A stretch of DNA of 24,000 nt from Terrisporobacter mayombei (GCF_031202285.1 NZ_CP101637.1), one strand, 5' to 3'; counted from the first letter of the stretch, positions 15,082-24,000 are shown. A program made the numbers and translations. Notes: generated by a model from the sequence alone, not told the origin.

Positions 15082-16374
15082 TTATATAATATCTAGTTCT
15101 TTATACATAATAACGCCTTTTTGGTAATATTCTAATTCTCTTTCTTTTGATATACTAGAATATAACTTACCTAATTCAATATATAAGCTAGCTAGTATTT
15201 TCTTACTTTCTAAGCCTTTTGCAATATCTATACACTTGTTTAAATAATCTATTGATGTTTCTATTTCATCCTTATTCTTATACATATCAGAATAGAATTT
15301 TAATGATTTATACTCATAGTACTTATCTTTATTTTTAATAGATGAAACTAGAGCTAATTTACAATATCTTTGAGCCATATCATATTCGCCTCTTTTTACA
15401 TAAGAATCAATCATATTAAACAAACTTTCCATCATATATTGGTTTTCATCTCTCTTTGTAATATCGTATACTTTTTGAGAGTATTCTAAGTGCTTATCTA
15501 TATCTCCCATTTCTGAATAAATTTTACTCATAGACAGGTATATTTTAGCCAACCTATTTTTATTTTCTTCTTTTTCTATTATTTCTAATGCCTTGTTAAA
15601 GCATTCTTTAGATTCTGAAAATTTACCAATCTTTAGTAAGTTTTTAGCTTTTAATACTAAAATATTGACCTCTTCTTTTATGCAATCTTCATTATCTATT
15701 CTATCTATTTTTTCCATAAACTCTAATGATTTCTGTGGTTGATTCAATTTCATATAACACTCAGAAATTTTACTGTATAACTCCTTGTATATGTCTGCAT
15801 CTTCTATGTTACTTTCGTCTAGAACCTCTTTTGCAAACATAAAATGAGTTAAAGCTCCCTTATAGAATTCATCTATCATATATATATTTCCTATATTAAC
15901 ATAACAATTGTATATATCATCTTTATCTTCATTTTTTATAAAATAATATAGTGCTTTTTCGTAATAATATACTGCACAAGTGTAATCTCCTTTTTTGCAA
16001 TTAATCTCCGCTAATAGGTTATTACATTTACCGTAATTTTCATTCAACTTGTACTCTTTACATATATCTATAATTTCTTTTATTTGCTCTTCTGCTTTTT
16101 CTAGTTCATCACATTTAATATAAATTTCACTTTTTAGTACAAGATTATCTGTTATTTTTTTAGATTGCATCTCTTTTGTTTCTAGCAAATAATCTACACT
16201 TACTCCTAATTTATTCGACAAATATTCCAACAACTCATAACTTGTATGTGATTTGTCTCTTTCAATATGGCTTATTTGAGCCGCTGTGATTCTGTCTCCA
16301 GCCAATTCTTTTAATGTCATATTTTGTTCTTTTCTAAGCTTTTTAATTTTTTCCCCTAAACTTAATATATTCAT
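15082..16374 (-). CDS. XRE-family HTH + TPR transcriptional regulator, RRNPP-type (RstA-like)
   Basis: 430 aa. The N-terminal XRE HTH is read directly (LGEKIKKLRKEQNMTLKELAGDRITAAQISHIERDKSHTSYELLEYLSNKLGVSVDYLLE). About 360 aa of Y/A/L-rich repeats follow, with TPR periodicity (e.g. GDYTCAVYYYEKALYYF, GEYDMAQRYCKLAL). GGAGGGGAG SD. The position just downstream of soj-spo0J resembles that of rstA in Clostridioides difficile. Confidence 0.75.
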   Translation of the reverse strand: MNILSLGEKIKKLRKEQNMTLKELAGDRITAAQISHIERDKSHTSYELLEYLSNKLGVSVDYLLETKEMQSKKITDNLVLKSEIYIKCDELEKAEEQIKEIIDICKEYKLNENYGKCNNLLAEINCKKGDYTCAVYYYEKALYYFIKNEDKDDIYNCYVNIGNIYMIDEFYKGALTHFMFAKEVLDESNIEDADIYKELYSKISECYMKLNQPQKSLEFMEKIDRIDNEDCIKEEVNILVLKAKNLLKIGKFSESKECFNKALEIIEKEENKNRLAKIYLSMSKIYSEMGDIDKHLEYSQKVYDITKRDENQYMMESLFNMIDSYVKRGEYDMAQRYCKLALVSSIKNKDKYYEYKSLKFYSDMYKNKDEIETSIDYLNKCIDIAKGLESKKILASLYIELGKLYSSISKERELEYYQKGVIMYKELDII

Positions 16375-16575
16375 TTATTATTTACTCCCCTCCTTTTTTA
16401 AGTTATTATCATTTTATAATATAATTATAACTTATATTTACATTAAAAACATCATTAAAATATTCCTTTTTCTAATTATATTTTTTGTGTATAAATATTT
16501 AATATTATAAAAAAACACATTAAATATTAAAATTTCACTATAAGTTTTTTCATAAAACTTATAATTTTTTAGCAT

Positions 16576-16611
16576 ACAAAAAGAAGGTATAAATTTAATT
16601 AATACCTTCTT
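16576..16611 (-). terminator. Rho-independent terminator after spo0J/parB
   Basis: Minus strand: AAGAAGGTAT (rc of 16602-16611) and ATACCTTCTT (rc of 16581-16590) form a 10-bp stem with an 11-nt loop, followed by TTTTGT. It starts 9 nt after the stop. Confidence 0.65.
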
Positions 16612-16619
16612 TATATTTA

Positions 16620-17489
16620 TTAATCTTCATCCATCATCATGGACAAGATGTCATTCAAGTCTTCTTCATTATTGTATACTATTTCTATTTTACCTTTTTT
16701 CTTACCCTTTGATATATTTACCTGTGTTCCAAATATGTTAGAAAGTTTTTCTTCCGCATCAACTATATAAATATCTTTTTGTTTCTTTTGGGATTTCTTA
16801 ACCTCTTTGTTAGAAATAATTTTTTTAGCTATTTCTTCTACTACTCTAACAGATAAATCCTCTTTAACTATTCTATTAGCTATTTCTAATTGCTGATTAT
16901 GATTTTCTATTCTGAGCAATGCTTTTCCATGACCTGGTGTTATTTCTCCATTTTCAATCATCTTAATTACTTTTTTTTGTAAATTTAGTAATCTTAAAGT
17001 ATTGGTAATGTGAGGGCGACTTTTTCCAACTGCTTCTGATAACCCTTCTTGAGTGACCCTATAATTGTCAATTAAACTTTTATAGGCTAAAGCTTCTTCT
17101 ATAGCATTTAAATCTTCCCTTTGTAAATTTTCTATAAGTGCAATTTCCATTATATCTTTAACTGGTATATCCTTAATTACTGCTGGTATTTCTTCTTTTC
17201 CTGCCATAATAGATGCTCTGTATCTTCTTTCACCTGCTATAATCATATAATTATTCTCATCTGTAGGCTTTAAAACTATTGGTTGTAGCACCCCCACATT
17301 TTTTATGGAATCAGACAAGGCTTTTATTCTGTCTTCATCAAATTCTTTTCTTGGTTGGTTTTTGTTGGGTCGTATATTGCTTAATTTTACTTGTACAATC
17401 TCTTTTTTATCAACCTCTTCATTTATTTCAGGGATTAAAGCGCTAAGACCTTTTCCTAATCTTTTACTTCTTCTAGGTGTATTATCCAT
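16620..17489 (-). CDS. parB: Chromosome partitioning protein ParB (Spo0J)
   Basis: 289 aa. It has the N-terminal ParA-interaction motif LGKGLSALI, the ParB box GERRYRA and ParB-type HTH residues GKSRPHITNTLRLLNL...GHGKALL. Confidence 0.9.
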   Translation of the reverse strand: MDNTPRRSKRLGKGLSALIPEINEEVDKKEIVQVKLSNIRPNKNQPRKEFDEDRIKALSDSIKNVGVLQPIVLKPTDENNYMIIAGERRYRASIMAGKEEIPAVIKDIPVKDIMEIALIENLQREDLNAIEEALAYKSLIDNYRVTQEGLSEAVGKSRPHITNTLRLLNLQKKVIKMIENGEITPGHGKALLRIENHNQQLEIANRIVKEDLSVRVVEEIAKKIISNKEVKKSQKKQKDIYIVDAEEKLSNIFGTQVNISKGKKKGKIEIVYNNEEDLNDILSMMMDED

Positions 17490-17490
17490 A

Positions 17491-18264
17491 CTATATTACA
17501 TCCTCCTCTAATTCGATAAATTCTTCCGCTAACTCTTTATATGCTAATGTTCCCCTACATTTTGAATCATAATAAATCACCGGTTTTCCATAGCTTGGTG
17601 CCTCAGCAAGTCTTACATTTCTAGGAATTAATGTAGTGTATACACTCCCTTTGAAGTATTTTTTTACTTCTTCAACAACTTGAATAGATAAATTTGCTCT
17701 TCCATCAAACATACTAAGAACTACACCCTGTATTTCAATCTTAGGATTCAATCTCTTTTTTACTAATTTATAGGTTGACATCAGTTGACTTACACCTTCT
17801 AATGCATAGTACTCACATTGTATAGGTATTAAAACACTATCAACTGCAGTCAATGAGTTTATAGTAAGCATGCCTAAAGAAGGAGGACAGTCTATAAAAA
17901 TATAGTCATATTCATCTTTGATTTTGTCTATACTATCTTTTAACTTATACTCTCTATCGCTTTCATTTGCCAACTCTATTTCTGCTCCAGCCAACTCACT
18001 AGCTGATGCTACAATATGTATATTATCAAATTCTGTGTAAATAATAGCTTCTCTTATATCTAAACCATCTATTATAACTTCATATATAGTATTTTCTACA
18101 GTATTTTTATCAATTCCATAACCACTAGTGGTATTCCCTTGGGGATCCATGTCTAAAACTAATACTTTTTTCCCTAATTGTCCTAAACTTGCACTTAAGT
18201 TAACATTAGTTGTCGTCTTTCCTACTCCACCTTTTTGGTTAAAAATTGCTACAGATTTTCCCAT
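17491..18264 (-). CDS. soj: Chromosome partitioning ATPase ParA (Soj)
   Basis: 257 aa with the deviant Walker A NQKGGVGKTTT, followed by DMDPQGN and IDCPPSLG motifs. Confidence 0.93.
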   Translation of the reverse strand: MGKSVAIFNQKGGVGKTTTNVNLSASLGQLGKKVLVLDMDPQGNTTSGYGIDKNTVENTIYEVIIDGLDIREAIIYTEFDNIHIVASASELAGAEIELANESDREYKLKDSIDKIKDEYDYIFIDCPPSLGMLTINSLTAVDSVLIPIQCEYYALEGVSQLMSTYKLVKKRLNPKIEIQGVVLSMFDGRANLSIQVVEEVKKYFKGSVYTTLIPRNVRLAEAPSYGKPVIYYDSKCRGTLAYKELAEEFIELEEDVI

Positions 18265-18290
18265 AAAGATTTCCCCCTTTTTCTTCTTTT

Positions 18291-18316
18291 AAAAAAAGAT
18301 TACTGCTAAGCAGTAA
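18291..18316 (-). terminator. Short hairpin plus T-run between noc-like and soj (attenuator or partial terminator)
   Basis: Minus strand: TTACTGC-tta-GCAGTAA (7 bp) followed by TCTTTTTTT. It starts 5 nt after the noc-like stop. Confidence 0.45.
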
Positions 18317-18320
18317 CCCC

Positions 18321-19106
18321 TTATTTTTTAGGAATTTTGACTACAACTTCCATGTAATCTCCCTTATCTATTTCATTATACTTTGCTTCAATTCCTGTAT
18401 TCTTTATGGCATCATATGCTTGTTTTAATGTATTAAGATATATTCTAATACCTACTGAACATTTTATATTCTGTTTCTTTTCAGGTTCACTCTCTGCTTT
18501 TAAAGCTTCCAATGTATCATTAATTAATTTTTCCGTTTTCTTAACTGTAAGTTCTTGTTTAACTACTTTTTGAATAATTTCCATCATTAGTTCTTCATTA
18601 GGTAACTTAAGCAATGCTCTTGCATGTCTTTCAGTTAAACCATTCTCAACAAGATATTGCTTTACAGTATCAGGAAGTTTTAATATTCTAAGTTTATTAG
18701 CTATAGTTGATTGATTTTTACCTAATTTTTCAGCCAACTGTTGTTGCGTAAAATTATGCTCTTTTATTAAATTCTCATATCCTAGAGATTCCTCTATAAA
18801 GTTCAAATCTTCTCTTTGTAAATTTTCTAATAAAGCTAGAACTGCAGAATATTGATCTGACATATTATTTATTATCGCTGGTATAGTTTTTAGCTCAGCC
18901 AACTTTGCTGCCCTTAGTCTTCTTTCCCCCGCAACTAACTCATATCCATCTTCTTTTTGTCTAACAGTAATTGGTTGAAGTATTCCGTACTCTTTTATAG
19001 ATTTACTTAATTCTTCTAATGCATTGATTGAAAATACTTTTCTTGGTTGATATGGATTAGGAATTATTTTATCAACTGGTATCTCTTTAACTATTTTTTC
19101 TTCCAT
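18321..19106 (-). CDS. noc: ParB-family paralog with Noc-type DNA-recognition residues (nucleoid occlusion protein-like)
   Basis: 261 aa. It has the ParB box GERRLRA and the HTH segment GKNQSTIANKLRILKLP...TERHARALL, which matches the B. subtilis Noc pattern as I recall it (GKGQSTIANKLRLLKLP...TERHARAL) rather than the ParB pattern (SRPHI..., GHG). It sits between rsmG and soj, as in B. subtilis. Confidence 0.8.
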   Translation of the reverse strand: MEEKIVKEIPVDKIIPNPYQPRKVFSINALEELSKSIKEYGILQPITVRQKEDGYELVAGERRLRAAKLAELKTIPAIINNMSDQYSAVLALLENLQREDLNFIEESLGYENLIKEHNFTQQQLAEKLGKNQSTIANKLRILKLPDTVKQYLVENGLTERHARALLKLPNEELMMEIIQKVVKQELTVKKTEKLINDTLEALKAESEPEKKQNIKCSVGIRIYLNTLKQAYDAIKNTGIEAKYNEIDKGDYMEVVVKIPKK

Positions 19107-19127
19107 AACATCCCTCTCTTATTGATA

Positions 19128-19155
19128 AATATATTTTTACTGCAATTTATGTAAA
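19128..19155 (-). promoter_or_regulatory. Candidate SigA-type promoter for noc-soj-parB
   Basis: Minus strand: TTTACA (19155-19150), a 16-nt spacer, then TATATT (19133-19128), about 20 nt upstream of the GAGAGGGA SD. Confidence 0.4.
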
Positions 19156-19170
19156 TTTATTTTGATTTTC

Positions 19171-19205
19171 TACTCATAAAGGAAAGTTACTTCCCTTTAT
19201 GAGTA
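19171..19205. other. 12-bp stem-loop between rsmG and noc with no U-tract on the coding strand
   Basis: TACTCATAAAGG (19171-19182) pairs with CCTTTATGAGTA (19194-19205) around an 11-nt loop. On the minus (gene) strand it is followed by GAAAATC, and on the plus strand by a T-rich tract. Confidence 0.5.
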
Positions 19206-19254
19206 TTTATTTCTTCATTTAATATTATTTTCCTTCTATATTTCTCTATATTAT

Positions 19255-19974
19255 TTATTTTATAGGATTTTTAGATGGTTTGCCTGCTTTTCTTGGATAT
19301 TTTGATGGGGTACTCTTAATTTTTTTGAATACTAATATATTATGATTTAATTCTAAATCAGGTAACTTAATATCTATTTTTTCAACAAATTCTATCCCCA
19401 AAGTTTCCATAGCTGCTTTTGACTCTTCTAGTTCTAAGTTAGCATTTGGTCCTTTTAGACATATAAAATATCCCCCAACTTTTACAAACGGAACACAAAA
19501 CTCCATTAATATTGGTAATCCGGCGACAGCTCTTGCTGTAGCTACATCATACTGTTCTCTGTATTCCTCACTTTTACCAAAATCTTCAGCTCTGCCATGA
19601 ATAAATTCTATCCCTTTTAAATTTAATTCACTAGCCACTTCTTGTAAAAAACTTATTCTTTTATTTAGCGAATCTAATAAGGTTAGATTTAAGTTATCTA
19701 AGCAAATTTTTAGTGGCATACCAGGAAAACCTGCCCCAGTACCCACGTCTATCAATGATATACCATCACTTATATAATTATTAGTTACAGCTGATATAGA
19801 GTCTAGAAAGTGCTTAATATATACTTCTCTCTCTTCCTCTATACCTGTTAAATTCATTACTTTGTTCCATTCAACTAATATTTCTCTGTATTTCTTTAAG
19901 CTTTGAAGTTTTTCATCAGTAGCTTCTAGGCCAAAATCTTCTATACCTGCTTTTAATACTTCTAGGTTATTCAT
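19255..19974 (-). CDS. rsmG: 16S rRNA (guanine527-N7)-methyltransferase RsmG (GidB)
   Basis: 239 aa with the SAM-binding motif [10 protein letters not shown]. Its start overlaps the mnmG stop by 8 nt. Conserved mnmE-mnmG-rsmG synteny. Confidence 0.93.
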   Translation of the reverse strand: MNNLEVLKAGIEDFGLEATDEKLQSLKKYREILVEWNKVMNLTGIEEEREVYIKHFLDSISAVTNNYISDGISLIDVGTGAGFPGMPLKICLDNLNLTLLDSLNKRISFLQEVASELNLKGIEFIHGRAEDFGKSEEYREQYDVATARAVAGLPILMEFCVPFVKVGGYFICLKGPNANLELEESKAAMETLGIEFVEKIDIKLPDLELNHNILVFKKIKSTPSKYPRKAGKPSKNPIK

Positions 19975-21862
19975 TACTTCCTCCTCTAGTTTTTCTCATT
20001 TGTTCTAAATAAATAAGTAAAACTGATATATCTGCAGGAGATACCCCAGAAATACGAGAAGCTTGTCCTATAGATACTGGTTTTATAGCATCTAGCTTTT
20101 GTCTAGCTTCTAATCTTAAACCATCTATTGAAGAATAGTTTATATCTTCAGGAAGCTTTCTATTTTCTAATTTTTTGAATTGATCTATTTGCTTTAATTG
20201 TTTATCTATATATCCTTCGTATTTAGACATAATTACACATTGCTCTTTAACATCATCAGATACTTCTTCTCCAGCATCTTTTCCTATTTGTTCTAAAATG
20301 CTATAGGTAACTTCCGGACGCTTCAGGAATTCATATAAAGATAAACCGACTTTTATTTCTGAACCACCAACTTCAGCTAATATATGGTTAACCTCTTTTG
20401 GTGTTACTCTTTCTGTTTTTAGTCTTTCTAATTCTTTTTCAACTTCTGCTTTTTTAGCAATATATCTTTCGTATCTGTCTTCTTTAACAAGACCTATATC
20501 ATGACCTTTTTCTGTGAGTCTCATATCTGCATTATCTTGTCTTAAGTATAATCTATATTCTGCTCTAGAAGTCATCATTCTATAAGGTTCATTAGTTCCT
20601 TTAGTAACTAAGTCATCTATAAGAACTCCTATATATCCCTCTGATCTATCTAGTATAAAAGGTTCTTTACCTTCTATTTTTAGAGCAGCATTTATACCTG
20701 CTATAAGACCTTGAGCTGCTGCTTCTTCATATCCTGAAGTACCATTAAATTGACCTGCACTGTATAAATTTTCAGTTACTTTTATTTCCAAAGTAGCTTT
20801 TAATTGAGTTGGATCTATGCAGTCATATTCAATTGCATAAGCAGGTCTCATTATTTTAGCATTTTCAAGACCTTTCATTGATTTGTATATTTGAACTTGT
20901 ACTTCAAAAGGTAAGCTTGTTGATATACCTTGAATATACATTTCTTTTGTATCTAGTCCTTCTGGCTCAATAAATGTTTGATGTGATTCTTTATCATTGA
21001 ATCTCACAACTTTATCTTCTATTGATGGACAATATCTCGCCCCTGTAGCATTAACTTTTCCACTATACATAGCAGATCTTCCAATGTTATTCATAATAAC
21101 TTTATGTGTATCTGTATTTGTTCTTGCTAAATAACAAGGCACTTGATCTATCTGTAAATTTTCACTCATAAAAGAGAATGGAGTTATTCTCTCATCTCCC
21201 TCTTGGATTTCCATTTGAGAGAAATCTATACTATCCTTATGAATTCTAGCAGGAGTACCTGTTTTGAATCTTCTCATATTTAAACCTAAATCAACTAATT
21301 TATCTGTTAAATAAGTCGCATATCCTAATCCATTAGGGCCTTCTTTAAATGTTCCTTCTCCTATATAAATTAATGAATTTAAGTAAACTCCAGTTGCAAG
21401 TATAACTGCTTTAGCATTATAAGCACATCCTAATTTAGTTACTACTCCTGTTACCACTTGTCCATCATGAAGTATATCTACAACTTCATCCATAGCTATA
21501 TCAAGGTTTGGCTCGTTTTCAAGAGTTTTTTTCATTTCTGTGTGATATTTAAACTTGTCTGCTTGTGCTCTTAAAGAATGTACAGCTGGTCCTTTTGCTG
21601 TATTTAACATTCTACTTTGTATAAATGTCTTGTCTACATTTATACCCATTTCTCCACCAAGAGCATCTATTTCTCTTACTAATTGTCCTTTACCAGTTCC
21701 ACCTATAGATGGGTTACATGGCATCATTCCAATCGAATCTAGTGTTAGTGTTATTATTAGTGTTTTATGACCCATTCTCGCTGTAGCTAATGCCGCTTCA
21801 CATCCAGCATGTCCTGCTCCAACAACAATTACATCATAACTTCCTGCATTATATGTTTGCAT
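19967..21862 (-). CDS. mnmG: tRNA uridine 5-carboxymethylaminomethyl modification enzyme MnmG (GidA)
   Basis: 631 aa with the N-terminal FAD-binding motif [18 protein letters not shown], plus PSIGG and GTPARI motifs. Confidence 0.97.
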   Translation of the reverse strand: MQTYNAGSYDVIVVGAGHAGCEAALATARMGHKTLIITLTLDSIGMMPCNPSIGGTGKGQLVREIDALGGEMGINVDKTFIQSRMLNTAKGPAVHSLRAQADKFKYHTEMKKTLENEPNLDIAMDEVVDILHDGQVVTGVVTKLGCAYNAKAVILATGVYLNSLIYIGEGTFKEGPNGLGYATYLTDKLVDLGLNMRRFKTGTPARIHKDSIDFSQMEIQEGDERITPFSFMSENLQIDQVPCYLARTNTDTHKVIMNNIGRSAMYSGKVNATGARYCPSIEDKVVRFNDKESHQTFIEPEGLDTKEMYIQGISTSLPFEVQVQIYKSMKGLENAKIMRPAYAIEYDCIDPTQLKATLEIKVTENLYSAGQFNGTSGYEEAAAQGLIAGINAALKIEGKEPFILDRSEGYIGVLIDDLVTKGTNEPYRMMTSRAEYRLYLRQDNADMRLTEKGHDIGLVKEDRYERYIAKKAEVEKELERLKTERVTPKEVNHILAEVGGSEIKVGLSLYEFLKRPEVTYSILEQIGKDAGEEVSDDVKEQCVIMSKYEGYIDKQLKQIDQFKKLENRKLPEDINYSSIDGLRLEARQKLDAIKPVSIGQASRISGVSPADISVLLIYLEQMRKTRGGSNE

Positions 21863-21883
21863 GTTTTCTCCTTTCTTAAATAA

Positions 21884-21899
21884 TGTTTCACGTTAAACG
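21884..21899. other. parS-like 16-mer TGTTTCACGTTAAACG (14/16 to TGTTTCACGTGAAACA)
   Basis: Read directly in the mnmE-mnmG intergenic region. The left half-site TGTTTCACG is perfect, and the mismatches are at positions 11 and 16. It is followed by a tandem ACGTTAA-ACGTTAA. Confidence 0.4.
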
Positions 21900-21955
21900 T
21901 TAATATCTTATTAATCGTTTCATTTATAAAGTAACTTTATTTAAGTTTATTTTAT

Positions 21956-23335
21956 TTATTTCCCAATACAGAAGTTTGCAAATATAGTATCTAGTAAATC
22001 TTCCTGTACAGTATCTCCATTTATATACCCTAAATAATCCCATATATTCTTAAAATCAACTTCTATGAAATCATAAGGTAGTCTTTGATCTATTCCATCT
22101 ATAGCATCATTTATAGCATTGTACGCTTTTAGTAGGGCATCTTTATGTCTAGAGTTTGTAACAACTACACTTGAGTTATTTCTTATATCCCCTTTAAATA
22201 CCATAGATTCTATTTTATTGTGAACCTGTTCGATACCTTCATTTTTTAATGCTGATATTTTTATTATACTATCCTTGTCAACATATTTAGCTATTTCTTC
22301 CTCTGATACAACTTGGTCAAGGTCATTTTTATTTAACAAAACAATAGTCTTTTTATCTACTGCTTGTTCTAATATTTCTTTGTCTTCTTGTGACAATTCT
22401 TTTGAACCATCTATTACGATTATTACTAAGTCTGCTGAGTTAAATGATTCTCTAGACTTTTCTACACCTATTTTTTCAACTATATCTTCTGTTTCTCTTA
22501 TACCTGCTGTATCAACAATTTTTAAAGGAATTCCCTTTATATTAACGAACTCTTCTATTACATCTCTTGTTGTTCCAGCTATTTCAGTAACTATGGCTCT
22601 GTTTTCTCCTAAAATATAGTTTAGTAATGATGATTTTCCTACATTTGGTTTACCAACTATAACTGTTTTTAGGCCGTCTCTTAAAACTTTTCCGCTTTCA
22701 GCTGAGTCATACAGTGATTTTATTTCACTTCTTAATCCTTGTGCACTCTCAATAAGCATTGCATAAGTTATTTCCTCAACATCTTCTTCACTAAAATCTA
22801 TTGAAACTGTTAAATGAGCTAAAACTTCCGTTACCTTAAATCTTAACTCTTTTATTTTATTAGCTAAAACACCACTTAAATGACTTTGAGCCACCTCTTG
22901 GGCCTTATCTGTTTTTGCTTTAATTACATCAATTACAGCTTCTGCTTGAGATAAATCTATTCTTCCATTCAAGAATGCTCTCTTTGTAAACTCACCTTCA
23001 TCAGCAAGTCTTACGTCTTTACTTAATATTAATTCTAATATTTTTTTTACTGAAATAAATCCACCGTGGCAATTTATTTCAATTACATCTTCTGCTGTAT
23101 AAGAATTAGGTCCTTTCATAAAAGCAAGCAACACTTCATCTATTTTTTTATCACCATCTAATATATGGCCATATATTAAAGTACGAGTGTTGTAATCTGT
23201 TATATTTTTTCCTGAAACAGATTTAAATATCTCCTCAGCTACTGAAAGTGATTTACTTCCACTAATTCTTATTATGCCTATTCCACCTTCTCCTGGCGCT
23301 GTTGCAATTGCTGCTATAGTATCATCTATAAACAT
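21956..23335 (-). CDS. mnmE: tRNA modification GTPase MnmE (TrmE/ThdF)
   Basis: 459 aa with G1 GKPNVGKSSLLN, G3 DTAGIR, G4 NKND and the C-terminal CIGK motif. Confidence 0.97.
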   Translation of the reverse strand: MFIDDTIAAIATAPGEGGIGIIRISGSKSLSVAEEIFKSVSGKNITDYNTRTLIYGHILDGDKKIDEVLLAFMKGPNSYTAEDVIEINCHGGFISVKKILELILSKDVRLADEGEFTKRAFLNGRIDLSQAEAVIDVIKAKTDKAQEVAQSHLSGVLANKIKELRFKVTEVLAHLTVSIDFSEEDVEEITYAMLIESAQGLRSEIKSLYDSAESGKVLRDGLKTVIVGKPNVGKSSLLNYILGENRAIVTEIAGTTRDVIEEFVNIKGIPLKIVDTAGIRETEDIVEKIGVEKSRESFNSADLVIIVIDGSKELSQEDKEILEQAVDKKTIVLLNKNDLDQVVSEEEIAKYVDKDSIIKISALKNEGIEQVHNKIESMVFKGDIRNNSSVVVTNSRHKDALLKAYNAINDAIDGIDQRLPYDFIEVDFKNIWDYLGYINGDTVQEDLLDTIFANFCIGK

Positions 23336-23423
23336 GATATCACCTCTATATTTAATCTATTTTAAATTCTTAACTATTATTTAAAATTATAACCTTAATT
23401 TTATCATTATATTAAATAAATTA

Positions 23424-23457
23424 CAAAAATTAAACCCCCTAAATAGTTAGGAGGTTT
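23424..23457 (-). terminator. Rho-independent terminator after jag
   Basis: Minus strand: AAACCTCCTA-actatt-TAGGGGGTTT (9 of 10 bp) followed by AATTTTTG. It starts 6 nt after the jag stop. Confidence 0.7.
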
Positions 23458-23462
23458 GAATT

Positions 23463-24000
23463 TTATCTTTTATATTCAATCACTAGTCTTCTATATGGAT
23501 CTGTTCCTTCACTATAAGTAATTACATACCTATCGTTTTGTAAAGCTGAATGAACTATTCTTCTTTCATAAGGATTCATATAGTCCAATTTTTTTATTCT
23601 TCTAGTCTTTGCTACTTCACGAGCAACTTTTCTAGCATATCTAACTAATGATTCTTCTCTTTTATTTCTATAATTTTCTATATCAACTAATACTCTCATA
23701 TGAGAATCTTTATTGATTTTATTTAAAGCTAGTCCAGTTAAAAATTGTACTGCATCAAGAGTTTCTCCTCTTCTTCCAATTAAACAAGTAGCTTCTTTTC
23801 CTTCAATGCTAATTTTAATTAAGTTATCCTCTTGAGTGGCATTAACTTTAGCATTTATCTTGGATTTTAATAGAATGCTTTCTATAAATTCTCTAGCAAT
23901 TTCTATTTCTTCTTTTTTTATTACCGTTACTTCGTATATTCCCTCTTTAGCACCTAGGAATCCTAGAAACCCCTTAGAAGGATTTTGAATAACATTTACT
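23463..24000 (-). CDS. jag: Jag/KhpB RNA-binding protein (KH + R3H domains), N-terminus beyond the window end
   Basis: The ORF track lists only 23463..23699 from an internal Met. My translation stays open to position 24000: ...FLGFLGAKEGIYEVTV...IEGKEATCLIGRRGETLDAVQFL... (KH) followed by ...YERRIVHSALQ... (R3H). Confidence 0.85.
   Translation of the reverse strand, partial: VNVIQNPSKGFLGFLGAKEGIYEVTVIKKEEIEIAREFIESILLKSKINAKVNATQEDNLIKISIEGKEATCLIGRRGETLDAVQFLTGLALNKINKDSHMRVLVDIENYRNKREESLVRYARKVAREVAKTRRIKKLDYMNPYERRIVHSALQNDRYVITYSEGTDPYRRLVIEYKR

Noticed and set aside
16286-16510. A 74-aa plus-strand ORF divergent from the HTH-TPR regulator, considered as a possible SHP-like divergent pro-peptide gene.
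   Set aside because: It starts inside and antisense to the regulator's HTH-coding region and has no SD. Its translation (IIITYIYIKNIIKIFLFLIIFF...) is what AT-rich non-coding DNA yields. It does not resemble a signal peptide plus a mature peptide.

Overview
This is an AT-rich, low-GC Firmicutes (Clostridia-like) chromosomal backbone from the origin-proximal region, not an accessory island. Reading the minus strand from the right edge, the genes are: jag/khpB (partial), mnmE, mnmG, rsmG, noc-like, soj, spo0J/parB; an XRE-HTH + TPR regulator (RRNPP-type, RstA-like); DUF951 and a class-I aminotransferase; rpsF, ssb, rpsR; a small MazG-like ORF, yybS-like, gdpP, rplI and the replicative helicase dnaB; a small unknown ORF; and purA. 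Next comes the only plus-strand block, a DnaD-domain protein plus a DnaI/DnaC-type helicase loader, convergent with purA. A membrane-anchored M1 metallopeptidase and a partial YycJ-like MBL hydrolase follow on the minus strand. I see no tRNA, rRNA, CRISPR, transposase, integrase or phage genes, and no convincing novel multi-gene system. The points worth a second look are mostly non-coding. (1) A dense cluster of six DnaA boxes lies between dnaB and a small uncharacterised ORF. (2) The RstA-like receptor has no recognisable cognate peptide gene. (3) A near-consensus orphan promoter drives about 340 nt of non-coding sequence upstream of DUF951. (4) Two degenerate parS-like 16-mers and one Noc-binding-site-like 14-mer sit beside a Noc paralog that has Noc-type recognition residues but no N-terminal membrane-targeting extension. 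(5) Two tandem terminators bracket about 125 nt downstream of rpsR. Several ORF-track starts appear to be upstream extensions that read through the true Shine-Dalgarno sequence, and I corrected them. All product calls rest on motifs I can read in the translations plus conserved synteny. No database search was run.
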